From the NCBI GenBank assembly GCA_964637135.1, contig CAZWTX010000010.1, forward strand, positions 1-64,000: a DNA stretch of 64,000 nucleotides. Reading direction: 5' to 3'. A program made the translations under genes and the position numbers. The notes under the pieces are model-generated. The model had not been told where the DNA came from, searched no databases, and saw only the letters and a program-made list of their open reading frames with translations. Below are positions 30,715 through 41,575 of this stretch, one piece after another. Position 1 is the first letter of the stretch; every line of letters starts with the position of its first letter. The stretch comes from an uncultured Methanospirillum sp. GTDB taxonomy: Archaea > Halobacteriota > Methanomicrobia > Methanomicrobiales > Methanospirillaceae.

Positions 30715-32961
30715 ATGGTCTCAATTTTTTCCGGTATCGCTGGCCTCATCGTGAACCGGCCCGGCCTGGTCTCCAAGATCATGCTGGTCCTGATGGTCGC
30801 CTCCCTCTTTGGGATGACGATGGTCACGATGCAGACCGGCACCGGCACCTATATGGATGAAAACTCCCCGAAGGGCATCCTGATCGATCATTACACGGAA
30901 ACGTTCTCAACAGAGACCGTTATCCTCCTCTTCGAATCCGGGGATTCGACCAGCCCGGTACTCCTCCAGTATATCGATTCCATTGAAGAACCGATCGAGA
31001 ACCTGCAATACGTATCCTCGATCTCAACTCTTGCCGACATCGTAAAATCCCTCAATGACGGGGTAATACCCGCTTCGTCCGGCGAGATGGAAGCAGTTCT
31101 CGCAAAAGTTCCCGAAAATATTCTCAAGGGGTATGCCCCTTCAGGAATGTTGACCATGGGAACCATCGGTCTTGAATCAGGACTGACTGACGAGCAGAAG
31201 AGCGGTGCCCTTTCCAATCTGCAGAAATTTATCGACAGCACCAGCCCCCCACCAGGAGTTACCATACAGTTAACAGGAAACGCCGCATTCCAAGAGGAGA
31301 TGAAGAAGGAGATGGGCTCTTCCATGGGCATACTGATCATGGCCGCACTCGCGCTTATGGTCATCGTGATGGGTCTGCTCTTCGGATACGTCAATCACCG
31401 GTTCCTCCCGGTTGTTATCGTTGCATCAGGCCTGATATTCACCTTCGGATTTATCGGACTGGCCGGGATTCAGATCAGCATGGCCGTCATCTCGGCATTT
31501 CCGGTGATGATAGGTCTCGGGATTGACTATGCAATCCAGTTTCATTCCCGTCTTGAAGAAGAATCCAGGGATCACCCACTCTCAGAAGCAATTCATACCA
31601 CAATTACCAAGACCGGACCGGCCGTGATGTATGCCATGCTCGCAACCTGTATGGGTTTTGTGGCCATGTTCATATCTCCGGTCCCGATGATGCAGGGATT
31701 CGGCCTGGTCAGTATTATCGGGGTGAGTACCTGTTACCTGACGTCACTGATCGGAATCCCGTTGATTGCAATCCTCATCAATTACAAGGCGAAAGGACAT
31801 GGAGTATCAAAACAGTCGGTAATCATTGATGCCGGACTCTCCAGGATAGCTTTCAATATCGCAAAACGACCTGTCCCCGTTCTCCTGGTCGTACTCTTCG
31901 TTGCCTTCATCGGGATCCAGTTTGACTCCCGCATCCCGGTGAACACGGATGAAAACTCCTTTGTCCCACCCGATATGCCGTCGAAGGTAACCCTCGACAA
32001 GGTAACGAGGACGATAGGTTCCACCAGCTCTGTACCGATCGTTATCCGGGGATCTGATGTGTTATCCCTTGATTCGGTAAAATGGATGAAGGATTTCACA
32101 GATTTGGAAGTCAGGACCAGATCCAAGGTTACCCGGGGAACGAGTATTGCAGATTACGTGATCACGTACAACAACAACCGGATGCCGGAGACGCAGAGTG
32201 AACTGGACGAGGTTCTGTCGCAAATACCTGAAGAAATCAGGAAAAAATACGTGAACGGAAACACCGAGGCGGTCATACAGTTCAACACGGTGAAGTTAAC
32301 CACAACAACCCAGAGCGATCTGAAGAAAGATATCGAAGGTGATCTGTTACTCTACCCTGCCCCGGTAGGAATCAGGACAGATATCACGGGAAGTTTTGCG
32401 GTATTTACTGACCTGGTTAACGACATCGTCGAGAGTAAGGAGATCATCACCTATACAGGGTTTATCCTGGTGGTGCTGTTCCTCGGGATTGTCTACCGCA
32501 ACATCAACGCACTCACACCAATTGTCCCGATTGCTGCAGTTGTCGGATGGAACGGTGTTGTCATGTACGGACTGGGCATTGATTACAACATTATGACGGC
32601 GTGCCTTGGTTCGATGACGATCGGGGTTGCCTGTCAGTATACTATCCTCATGATGGAACGCTATATAGAGGAACGTGAGATCACGGACAACGTTATTGAA
32701 GCCATCAAGAACAGTACGAGAAAAATCGGCTCGGCGATCATGGTCTCCGGGTTTGCAACCTTCTTCGGGTTCTCAGCCCTGATCCTCTCGGACTTCCCGA
32801 TCATCAGCACCTTCGGGCTGACCACGATCATCGCGGTGCTCTTCTCACTGATCGGAGCAATTGCGGTAATGCCGGCAATTCTCTCCTTCGTGGATCGGGT
32901 CATCCACCGGGTGGAAGAGGTGGAGGAAAAGATACTCCATCACCCGCATAAGGATCGATAA
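30715..32961 (+). CDS. RND/MMPL (HAE3) family transporter
   Basis: IGLGIDYAIQF, two-repeat 12-TM architecture, GFSALILSDFP. Confidence 0.92.
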   Translation: MVSIFSGIAGLIVNRPGLVSKIMLVLMVASLFGMTMVTMQTGTGTYMDENSPKGILIDHYTETFSTETVILLFESGDSTSPVLLQYIDSIEEPIENLQYVSSISTLADIVKSLNDGVIPASSGEMEAVLAKVPENILKGYAPSGMLTMGTIGLESGLTDEQKSGALSNLQKFIDSTSPPPGVTIQLTGNAAFQEEMKKEMGSSMGILIMAALALMVIVMGLLFGYVNHRFLPVVIVASGLIFTFGFIGLAGIQISMAVISAFPVMIGLGIDYAIQFHSRLEEESRDHPLSEAIHTTITKTGPAVMYAMLATCMGFVAMFISPVPMMQGFGLVSIIGVSTCYLTSLIGIPLIAILINYKAKGHGVSKQSVIIDAGLSRIAFNIAKRPVPVLLVVLFVAFIGIQFDSRIPVNTDENSFVPPDMPSKVTLDKVTRTIGSTSSVPIVIRGSDVLSLDSVKWMKDFTDLEVRTRSKVTRGTSIADYVITYNNNRMPETQSELDEVLSQIPEEIRKKYVNGNTEAVIQFNTVKLTTTTQSDLKKDIEGDLLLYPAPVGIRTDITGSFAVFTDLVNDIVESKEIITYTGFILVVLFLGIVYRNINALTPIVPIAAVVGWNGVVMYGLGIDYNIMTACLGSMTIGVACQYTILMMERYIEEREITDNVIEAIKNSTRKIGSAIMVSGFATFFGFSALILSDFPIISTFGLTTIIAVLFSLIGAIAVMPAILSFVDRVIHRVEEVEEKILHHPHKDR

Positions 32962-33028
32962 TCTTTTCTTTTTTCCGCCTGCCGGGAACCGGGATCAGGC
33001 ATAAATCCGAAGACATCCTCTCATCTTC

Positions 33029-33613
33029 ATGGCTCCTCCCCACAGGCTCTTTTTCATCCTGCTCCTGGCATTGCCCTATTTCGTGCTCTTTCTCGGTATT
33101 CTTCCCGATATCCGGTACGATGCGTTCGCTCTTATGCGCATCTGTGCTCTTGCAGGATTCATCTCGCTCAGTCTTGCGATCAGCATGAACCTTCTGAAAT
33201 CCAGACTATACGACCTGCTTGGAGAGCCATTCATCAGGATTCATCACTTCTTTGCGATTATCGGCCTTATCCTCATCACCCTCCATCCGGTAATCCTCTC
33301 CCTTACCGTATCGAAACTGACGGTTTTTATCCCGGTACTCGGATCACCCGGAGGGATGCTTGCCCAGGGAGGACGGATCGCCATCATTCTGTTTTACCTT
33401 GCTTTCCTGGCTGCCCTGTTCAACGGACGTATCGGGGATAGGTGGAGAATTATTCACCGGCTCATGTATCCTGCACTCCTGCTCGGGTTCATCCATGCCG
33501 TCATGATTGGATCAGATCTTGAAAACCCGGTGATCAGGGGGGAGATATTCATACTGTGCGGGATTGTGATCATGACCGGGATCTATGCCTGGAATCACCG
33601 CCGGCAGAGATAA
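33029..33613 (+). CDS. Ferric-reductase-like transmembrane (haem b) protein
   Basis: Six TMs with His pairs RIHH..LITLH and WRIIHRL..FIHA. Confidence 0.75.
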   Translation: MAPPHRLFFILLLALPYFVLFLGILPDIRYDAFALMRICALAGFISLSLAISMNLLKSRLYDLLGEPFIRIHHFFAIIGLILITLHPVILSLTVSKLTVFIPVLGSPGGMLAQGGRIAIILFYLAFLAALFNGRIGDRWRIIHRLMYPALLLGFIHAVMIGSDLENPVIRGEIFILCGIVIMTGIYAWNHRRQR

Positions 33614-33690
33614 AACGGCAACCCGCCTCATGTATCCTAGGATGCCAGGGGGATCTCCAATGGTACCGGGAATAAAGCGGGCGGCTCTCG

Positions 33691-35880
33691 TCAGGTCCGG
33701 AGAGTAAACCGATTCATCTCCCGGTTTGTCTCGGCGACCACGTCCTCTATTCCGGTGATGATTCCGGTGATCTGTGATACCATGGCAAGGGCTTCTTCGG
33801 CAGTCTCCGATGAGGTAAGGGCATCTTTTGCGGTCTGCCTGACCAGGCTGCTCATCTCCTGGACACTGGCAGTAATCTCCTCGAAAGAGGCGGCCTGTTC
33901 CTCGCTTGCACCTGCAACACTTTCCATGTGAGTGCTGATTGACCCGACCGACCCGGTCAGCTGGTTGAAGACATCAAGGGTACTCTTCACTGCCTCAGTC
34001 CCTTCACGCACCGCCTCACCGGCATCGGTTATCGCCCCCACGGCTGCATGGGTCTTCGTATCAAGGACCTCGATCATGGAGGTGATCTGGTGGGCAGACT
34101 CACCGGCCTGGGTTGCAAGGGATTTCACCTCCTCTGCAACCACGGCAAATCCCCGACCCGCTTCTCCGGCACGGGCAGCCTCAATGGCTGCATTAAGTGC
34201 AAGAAGACTCGTCTGATCAGAAATGCTCGTGATAATCCCGATGATCTTGCTGATCTCTTCCATCTGTTTCTGGATCTCGGCGATGATGGTTCCCGTCTCC
34301 TCCGAGGTTTTCCGGATCTGCTCCATGCCCTGCTCTGCCTCCGCAGCATGCCGGATTCCGGTCTGTGCAAGAGTATCAGCCTCTGCCCCTGCACGGGCAA
34401 CGGCTTCCACATTTGCGGTAACAGAAGCAACCGTCGTGGTCATATCCTCCATTGCCTTGAGAACCTGAACAATTCCTTCCTCGCTCTCAGCGGCTGTTTT
34501 CTTTGTCTGATCGGCATTATCAGCGATAGAGGAGGCACCCTGCCGTACGGCCTCGATCCCTGACGATGCATTCCCGGCATTGGAGGCAAGTCCTGCCATC
34601 CGGGTGTTGATAGCAGTAAGGGCATGCGAGATCTCGGCACCGATAGCATCAAGAGCCTCGCGGAACGCGATGAAGTCCCCTCCAGCAAAGACATCATCTG
34701 AGAACCGGGCATTGTAATTACAGGCAGCGTACTCCTGGGAGAGCCGCATCGCCTCGTGTACCGGCTGAATCAGGGCATCGAGGGTGGCATTGAACCCGAC
34801 GATGATCTCATGATATGAACCTTCAAGTGATCCGGGATCCCCCCTGACCGAGAGATCTCCTCCGGCAGCACGGGCAGAGAGGGTTTTTAGTTCCCGGATA
34901 ACCGAGGTAAGGGCTGAGATCGTCCCATTGAGGGCAGGTGTGATCTGATCATCATCACCCTTCGGCTCCAGCCTGAGCGAGACATCCCCCGCTGCGATCT
35001 GCCGCATTGCCCCGGTTACGTCATGTTCGAGGTAATCACTGAACTGGTCGAAGAGCCGGGCAAGATCCCCGAGTTCATCCTTTCTGTCAAGGTTCAGCCT
35101 TCTGCTCACAATCCCTCTGCTCATCCAGGTGAACTGTTCCACAATCCGGTCTAAGGGACGGGTGATGCTTCTTGTCAGGAAAAACGCGAAGAGAAGCGAG
35201 AGAAGCAGGGCGCCGGCTGCAAGGCAGGCCATGATAAAAATTGAAGATTCTTTCGTCTCTTTTGATGCGATCGCCTTTGCTTCAGCTTCCCGGAGGTTGG
35301 CCTCTTTCAGAGCGGTAAAGGTATTCGCAGTCGCCCGTCGGGCATTGGCATGTCTCCCGCCGTTCATGATCGAAACCTTTGCCTCCCCAAGTTTTCCGGC
35401 AGCTTCAAGACTGAAGACCTCCTGGGCGGCTGCTTTATACTCAGCCCACTGTTCCTTGAAGAGTGAGAAAGACTCCGCAACCTCGGGCGACATCTCATGA
35501 TCCTCAAATTCGACGAGAAGCGACTCGATCAGAACTGTTTCATTCTTCATTCTGCTTTCATCGCTGGCAAACTCCTCGGGTACCGCAATAGACCGAAAGA
35601 CGAGGGCCCGAATCGAGTTCAGGGAGACCTCGGTGTTGGCGATTGCGAGCATTGGTACGGTATTCTCCGTGTACATCTGGTCCATGTTTCCGTATATCCG
35701 GTCCATCTGGAAGGAACCGTAGATACCGACCGACAACATGAGCAGACTGACCAGGATAAAGCCCACGATGAGCTTTTTTCCAATGTGAATGTTATCCAGA
35801 AAGGTTAATGATGCCACATTTCCCACCCCCCGGGGCAGATACAGAATACCTCCTTTACCTGCAACGTGATAAACCTTCAT
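33691..35880 (-). CDS. Methyl-accepting chemotaxis protein (four-helix-bundle sensor)
   Basis: IGKKLIVGF, two TMs, [38 protein letters not shown]; the true start may be slightly downstream. Confidence 0.95.
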   Translation of the reverse strand: MKVYHVAGKGGILYLPRGVGNVASLTFLDNIHIGKKLIVGFILVSLLMLSVGIYGSFQMDRIYGNMDQMYTENTVPMLAIANTEVSLNSIRALVFRSIAVPEEFASDESRMKNETVLIESLLVEFEDHEMSPEVAESFSLFKEQWAEYKAAAQEVFSLEAAGKLGEAKVSIMNGGRHANARRATANTFTALKEANLREAEAKAIASKETKESSIFIMACLAAGALLLSLLFAFFLTRSITRPLDRIVEQFTWMSRGIVSRRLNLDRKDELGDLARLFDQFSDYLEHDVTGAMRQIAAGDVSLRLEPKGDDDQITPALNGTISALTSVIRELKTLSARAAGGDLSVRGDPGSLEGSYHEIIVGFNATLDALIQPVHEAMRLSQEYAACNYNARFSDDVFAGGDFIAFREALDAIGAEISHALTAINTRMAGLASNAGNASSGIEAVRQGASSIADNADQTKKTAAESEEGIVQVLKAMEDMTTTVASVTANVEAVARAGAEADTLAQTGIRHAAEAEQGMEQIRKTSEETGTIIAEIQKQMEEISKIIGIITSISDQTSLLALNAAIEAARAGEAGRGFAVVAEEVKSLATQAGESAHQITSMIEVLDTKTHAAVGAITDAGEAVREGTEAVKSTLDVFNQLTGSVGSISTHMESVAGASEEQAASFEEITASVQEMSSLVRQTAKDALTSSETAEEALAMVSQITGIITGIEDVVAETNREMNRFTLRT

Positions 35881-36335
35881 CTGCCGCTCTATCTGCCGGA
35901 GATATCGGCATCATTTGAACGGGCAGGGCAGATACAGACCGGATCAGGGATGCCCCAAAATTACCCCCTGCATGCCATCATCGACGGAATCGAACTATCG
36001 TCAGGAGAACTGGGTACATTCACCAGACCGGAAGCATTCATTCCGCTCTTCGTGGATCACCGATCACCCATCTCCTCTGCACAGAGATCGATGAGGAACT
36101 GGCTAAACTCCTCCGGAATGGCAGAGTGGTCCCGGTTACCGGAGCCCGTGAGAAAATTGAACCATCTGATGCGGAGTTCTTTGATGGTCGCAATCGTGTT
36201 CAGAAATCAATCTCTCCGCTCGCAGGCTACAGGGTTCCCGATGACCGGCTGCAGAACGGATCAGGATCACCAGCCTGTTTCGATGGCTTTATTGATGGGT
36301 AATACAAGTTCACGTATCATCATCGGAGCGTATGG

Positions 36336-37328
36336 ATGAGAGACCGAGCATGGGCAGTCAGATGGGTACAGGGGAACAACCAGTCGAAAAAATCATATAT
36401 CAATGCTATCTTCTATCCCGTCCTGATGGCAGCCTTCCTCGCAGTCTGCTGTTGTGGGTTTACTGGTGCATCAGATACTGATCCCAATACGGGCAATCCT
36501 GGAGAGAACCTCTCCCTTATGGCTGTTGCCGCTTTTGAACAGGGAGTCCAATTTCATACAGCCGGAGATCTTGAAAAAGCAATATCAGCATACGGAGAAG
36601 CAATAGAACTCGATCCTGACAGACCTGCCTACCATAAGGCACTGGGATATGCATACCGCCAGACTGGTGATTACCAGTCAGCAAAAGAGGCATTTCATCG
36701 GGCATACAACCTGAACAGTTCAGATTATGAAGCAGGTTATCAGACCGGTCTCTCCCTTTTCCAGCTCGGTGAATATGCCCGGGCGGGAGAGGTTTTTGAT
36801 GATATCGCCATGACCGGTGATCCAATTCCGGCCCGGGTTTTTCGTGGAATATCACTGTATATTCAGGAGCGAAATGAAGAAGCTGAATCAGTATTTCGTG
36901 AAGTATTAGCCCAGGATCCAGACAACCTTCTTGCCCAGTACTGGAACGCCCAGGTTCTTGCAGTTGAAGAGCGATACGAAGAGGCAATCGGGATATATCA
37001 GCATGCACTCACCCGGTACCCGTCTGATCCGCTCCTTTATGCGGGATTGGGGGATTGCATGCTGGCAACAGGCCGGTACCCCGAAGCAGAAGAGGCATAC
37101 CTGAACTCCCTCTCACGGGAAGAAAATCAGCCGATGGTCCTGCTTGGTCTTGGAATAGTCTCATTAAAGACCGGTGATTTTAAGGGAGCAGAGCAGAATC
37201 TGAAAAGATCTCTTGAGATAAATCCGGATAATCCGCTTGTGATGTATAATCTCGGACAGGTGTATGTAGCCCTTGGTGATGATATGAAGGCAAAAGAGGC
37301 ATTTACCCGGGCATCAACCCTATCATGA
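36336..37328 (+). CDS. Tetratricopeptide repeat protein with N-terminal hydrophobic signal
   Basis: About 7 TPRs (AI..Y..AIELDP, LG..Y...GDY, SLEINPDNP..YNLG). Confidence 0.88.
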   Translation: MRDRAWAVRWVQGNNQSKKSYINAIFYPVLMAAFLAVCCCGFTGASDTDPNTGNPGENLSLMAVAAFEQGVQFHTAGDLEKAISAYGEAIELDPDRPAYHKALGYAYRQTGDYQSAKEAFHRAYNLNSSDYEAGYQTGLSLFQLGEYARAGEVFDDIAMTGDPIPARVFRGISLYIQERNEEAESVFREVLAQDPDNLLAQYWNAQVLAVEERYEEAIGIYQHALTRYPSDPLLYAGLGDCMLATGRYPEAEEAYLNSLSREENQPMVLLGLGIVSLKTGDFKGAEQNLKRSLEINPDNPLVMYNLGQVYVALGDDMKAKEAFTRASTLS

Positions 37329-37464
37329 CCTGATGGGCAGATGGTGGGGATTCATCAGTTCCTGATGACATGGGTACAGACATCAATCATAGGAAAGGTT
37401 CATATCAGATAATCCCCCTTTTCAGGGCAAATCATTATCCGACTACATAGAAAAGATAGTCCTG

Positions 37465-40014
37465 ATGTCAGCAGGCTCCCGGATCCTCCTTTTCTTGATC
37501 CTTCTTATCACGGTTCCAATTCTTACCGGGGCAGAAGTCAATGAAAATTCGACATTTCTGACTGGTGAGAATCCCGGTGAAATATCTGGTCCGGACCAGG
37601 TCATCCCGTCAGTACCCGATAACGGGGTCGAAGGCGGGGAGACCGGGGATGATATGAATCTGGAAGAGGAGGAACTGCCAGCGGACAGCGTGGACACTGA
37701 AGATGCAGGTACAGAAGAAGACACGAACCTGATAATCACCGATAATACAGAAACACCCGGAGAAAACAAAGATCCTGTCACAGTAACCGATCCTGAAACT
37801 ATCGCTCCGGAAGAGGAAATTCAGGAAAAAATCGACGAGAGGATTGAATCAGCATATTCAACCCTTCTCACCTCTTCTCCCCCGGTAATTGAGCAGGATC
37901 CGGATAATGTAAATGATATTCCTGGGGATACCTACGAAGGGGGAGATCCGGAAGATTTCTCCCTCTCCACTTCTTCATCTGATAATTCAGACACAACCAC
38001 CGTTGCTGATGAGATGGAAACCCTCGCGACGACCACCCCGTTTAAAATCGATCCGTCAACCATGAACACCGCTGGTGGCGGGTACAGCCAGACAACCGGG
38101 TACGGATGGATTGACGGCGGAGGGAGCGAGAACTCATATTTCCGGATCACCCTGTCTTCGATAGCAGAATATCCGGTAGAGTTTCACCTTGTCAGCAGTT
38201 TCACGACAAAGGCGATGTATGCCATCCTGATCCAGGCATCATACGTGACTATCAGCGGTATTGATCTCACTGCATCATCGACCGGATCATCTGAGCAGGT
38301 TAATACTATCACCCATACCGGCACCGGGGGAGCCATCACAGTAGAATCCGGGTACACCGGGGTTAAACTGGTGAATGTCGATGTCGATGCATCAAACGGT
38401 CCGGCCGTAAAGGTTGACGGATCATCGGTTGATATCATCGGAACGGATAATCCTGATGCCTATCTCACCTCGTACAACGGGGGGGCAACCAATGAACACT
38501 GGGGAACCAGCCTCACTTCAACAGCAACAAACGGATACGGATACGGGCTGCTTCAGCAGTCAACATCACGGCCCTCATCGATTACGGTCACCGGGGATGG
38601 AGGAGGAGGAGTTTCAGTATCCGGCTCTTATACCGGAGCAGAAGTCAATCAGGGAACTCTGGCTCTGGGCGGGGATAATATCACCATTACCGGTACAGGA
38701 TCTGCATCCACAAAAGACAGCGGCGTGACGGTAATCGGCACAGGCACCCTCACCTCGACCGCAACGAACACCCATATTACCGGACAGGAGTATGGGATAT
38801 CCGCAAATACCGGAAGAATCTCGATCACAGGAAGCGACAGCAGGATATCCGGGGGACGGAGCGGTATTTACCTGACAGGGGATCGGGGATCCTCTGGAAC
38901 CGGGGGAGTCACCATCGGTGAGGATGTCGGGGTATCCGGATCGACCGGGTATGCCATCGAACTTGACGGCCCGGCCAATTATGTAGGGGACAGGGCAATT
39001 ACCCTCTCAAACTCATCAAATCTCGACGGCGGACTCGGGAAGACCGGTGGTGCCCCGGGTTCAGGGAATGAAGTTATATCAGATAATGCCGCAGTTACCA
39101 TCAGTTCCGGAACCGGTTCACCTGATTACCAGGTAACGATTACTCTTTCAGCTATCAGCGGCTCGGAACCTTACAATCTCCGTATCCTGGACGAAGAAGG
39201 GGATCTCATCTACCTGATCGATGACTGGGAAAACCTCCCGGCAGGAGTGACATACGACGATATTGCCGGAACAGTTTCGTTCTCATCAGGAACATTCTCG
39301 ATCTATACGGCAGTAAAGGAAGAGATACCTGCACCTGCACCGGGAGGATCAGAACCAGAATCAGTCGAAGCAGTATCCATGGAGAGCGAAGAGGAGGGTG
39401 AACCAACCCTTGAGGATGTGGCCCAACTCGAAGGAGAACTCGCGGATCCCTCAGAAGTAGTGCGTGAGGCTGCTATCGATTCAATCCATGGAATCATCTT
39501 CCTCTCTGGTGCATCCGTGGAAGTCAAATCTGCGGCTGCAGAAGCATTGGCCGATTCGGTTCGTTCTGCACCGGCGGCAGCTTCCATTTCCGGGGTTACG
39601 ATCCTTGGAGCGATCCTTACGTCCACAGATGTATCAGCAGAAGCAAAGGAGAGTACCCGGGCAGCATTATATCTAGTTTTCACGGGAGAGAGTTCCCCGG
39701 AGATCAAGTCTGCCGCAACGGTTGCTGTTGCCGGTAGCCTGGCGGCAAACCCGCTCCTTGCGACCGGGGATGATATCAGGATTCTGTCTGTCGCCGCAGG
39801 TTCCGGGGAAATTACCGGGGATGCAGCACAGGCATCGCTGGACACCACCGTCACATTACTAAAGACAGGATCCGTCGAGACAATCACAATACAGGAACTC
39901 ATCACCCTCCTCGTCCAGGAGTACCCGGATACTCTCGATATGTCCGGACTCATGGCCCTTGCAGACGATCCCCTTATTGATCCTGAAATCCGGGATTGGA
40001 TATCCGGGTTATAA
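37465..40014 (+). CDS. Secreted protein: acidic linker, G/S/T-rich beta-helix-like region, C-terminal HEAT-like helical repeats
   Basis: Signal peptide; repeated I.G...GI strands; LADPSEVVREAAIDSI, EVKSAAAEAL, PEIKSAATVA. Confidence 0.7.
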   Translation: MSAGSRILLFLILLITVPILTGAEVNENSTFLTGENPGEISGPDQVIPSVPDNGVEGGETGDDMNLEEEELPADSVDTEDAGTEEDTNLIITDNTETPGENKDPVTVTDPETIAPEEEIQEKIDERIESAYSTLLTSSPPVIEQDPDNVNDIPGDTYEGGDPEDFSLSTSSSDNSDTTTVADEMETLATTTPFKIDPSTMNTAGGGYSQTTGYGWIDGGGSENSYFRITLSSIAEYPVEFHLVSSFTTKAMYAILIQASYVTISGIDLTASSTGSSEQVNTITHTGTGGAITVESGYTGVKLVNVDVDASNGPAVKVDGSSVDIIGTDNPDAYLTSYNGGATNEHWGTSLTSTATNGYGYGLLQQSTSRPSSITVTGDGGGGVSVSGSYTGAEVNQGTLALGGDNITITGTGSASTKDSGVTVIGTGTLTSTATNTHITGQEYGISANTGRISITGSDSRISGGRSGIYLTGDRGSSGTGGVTIGEDVGVSGSTGYAIELDGPANYVGDRAITLSNSSNLDGGLGKTGGAPGSGNEVISDNAAVTISSGTGSPDYQVTITLSAISGSEPYNLRILDEEGDLIYLIDDWENLPAGVTYDDIAGTVSFSSGTFSIYTAVKEEIPAPAPGGSEPESVEAVSMESEEEGEPTLEDVAQLEGELADPSEVVREAAIDSIHGIIFLSGASVEVKSAAAEALADSVRSAPAAASISGVTILGAILTSTDVSAEAKESTRAALYLVFTGESSPEIKSAATVAVAGSLAANPLLATGDDIRILSVAAGSGEITGDAAQASLDTTVTLLKTGSVETITIQELITLLVQEYPDTLDMSGLMALADDPLIDPEIRDWISGL

Positions 40015-40030
40015 TAACCGGAGTCAGATA

Positions 40031-41515
40031 TCAGACAACGGCGGACTCAGGGAGTTCCCCCCCGTCCTGGTAATCAGGATGAACCTCTTCCCTGATGAGG
40101 AATGAAAGGAGGACGATCACTAGCCCGAAGATGAAGGTCACGAAGAACGTGAGGTCAAACCCGGCAGCAAGAACCTCCATCTGAACCGTTACCGGTGCAC
40201 TTCTGGTAACATTGTAATGGGAAGCGATAGAGATCATCCCCTGGATAAAGACAAGATTAAAGAACGCAATCCCGATGGTGAGCGGGGCAAACCGTTCCAG
40301 ACTGGTCAGCGACGAGACCATTCCCTGGTACTTCCTCGCCGTGGAGCTCATCACCAGGTTTGATACCGGGGTGATAATTAGGCCGAGCCCGAACCCGATG
40401 ACAAACAGACAGGCGATCACGAACAATACCGGGGTATCTGCCCGCAGATGCATGATCAGGAAATAACCAGCTGCCAGGGTTATGGCTGCCATGATACTGA
40501 TGATCCGTCCGCCAATCCGGTTATACAAGGACCCGGCAAGGATCCCGGATATCATCATGGCAACCGAGAGCGCCGTCAGGATCAGACCTGATGTGGAGGT
40601 GGAATATCCTCCCACGTACTGAAGATAGAACGGGAGAAGATAGTTTATCCCAGAGAAACTGAAGAAGACGAGCACCAGGATACAATTTGAGAACAGGAAA
40701 TTCCGGTTGTGAAAGAGCCTGAGTTCGAGAAGGGGATCTTTGCATGTCAGTTCCTGCCGGATAAAAAGGGCAAGAATGAGGATTGCAAGAACCAGGGACG
40801 TCAGGATCACCGGTGAGGTCCAGCCAAGAGTATCTCCCTCGGTTACCCCGAAGAGGAGGAGAGCAAGGCCGGAAAAGATCAGGGCAGCTCCCGTCCGGTC
40901 AAAGGAACCGGGATGACTGATGTGCTCTCCGGACGGGATGACCCGGATACCAAGCACGACCGCCAGGATACCAACCGGGACATTGATGAAGAAGATCCAG
41001 TGCCAGGAGAGGTACTCGGTCAGGAGACCGCCGATAGTCGGCCCGATTGCGGTCCCAAGAGCGGCAACCGTCATAATGATCCCCATTGCCTGTCCTTTCC
41101 GTTCCCGTAGGATGTATGCATTCACCATCGCCGGGGCGATCGCGGTGATCATTGCCCCGCCGATTCCCTGGAACACCCGCGAACCGATGAGGCTCAGGAA
41201 TGAACCGGTCAGATCCGGGAGCACGGCACAGGTGAACGAACCTGTGGTGAAAATGATAAAACCGGTGATAAAAACCCGTTTAAACCCGATAACATCAGAC
41301 ACCTTCCCGAAGATCAGAACACAGCCGGCCATAACCAGCAGGTAGATCGTTGAGACCCAGCTGACCGTGCTCGTGGAGAGATCAAACGAGGTCGAGATGG
41401 TGGGGAGGGCGATATTGACGATCGTTCCATCGAGCGCCCCCATGAAGGTTGCAAGTGATATTGAGAGGATTAGCGGGATGTCGCCAGACATCCGCCGCTC
41501 GGGTGAGGCTTTCAT
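40031..41515 (-). CDS. MFS transporter, DHA2 (14-TM) family
   Basis: LDGTIVNIALP, GKVSDVIG.KRVF, RVFQGIGGA, WHWIFFINVPVG. Confidence 0.93.
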   Translation of the reverse strand: MKASPERRMSGDIPLILSISLATFMGALDGTIVNIALPTISTSFDLSTSTVSWVSTIYLLVMAGCVLIFGKVSDVIGFKRVFITGFIIFTTGSFTCAVLPDLTGSFLSLIGSRVFQGIGGAMITAIAPAMVNAYILRERKGQAMGIIMTVAALGTAIGPTIGGLLTEYLSWHWIFFINVPVGILAVVLGIRVIPSGEHISHPGSFDRTGAALIFSGLALLLFGVTEGDTLGWTSPVILTSLVLAILILALFIRQELTCKDPLLELRLFHNRNFLFSNCILVLVFFSFSGINYLLPFYLQYVGGYSTSTSGLILTALSVAMMISGILAGSLYNRIGGRIISIMAAITLAAGYFLIMHLRADTPVLFVIACLFVIGFGLGLIITPVSNLVMSSTARKYQGMVSSLTSLERFAPLTIGIAFFNLVFIQGMISIASHYNVTRSAPVTVQMEVLAAGFDLTFFVTFIFGLVIVLLSFLIREEVHPDYQDGGELPESAVV

Positions 41516-41575
41516 AATACATATGGCGGCTTAAGAGGTAAGAATCGTCTCCCGGCGACTTGGGCTACCCAAGGA

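Noticed and set aside
35866..36339. 157-aa ORF between the MCP and TPR genes
   Set aside because: No motifs and overlaps the MCP 5' region; probably spurious.
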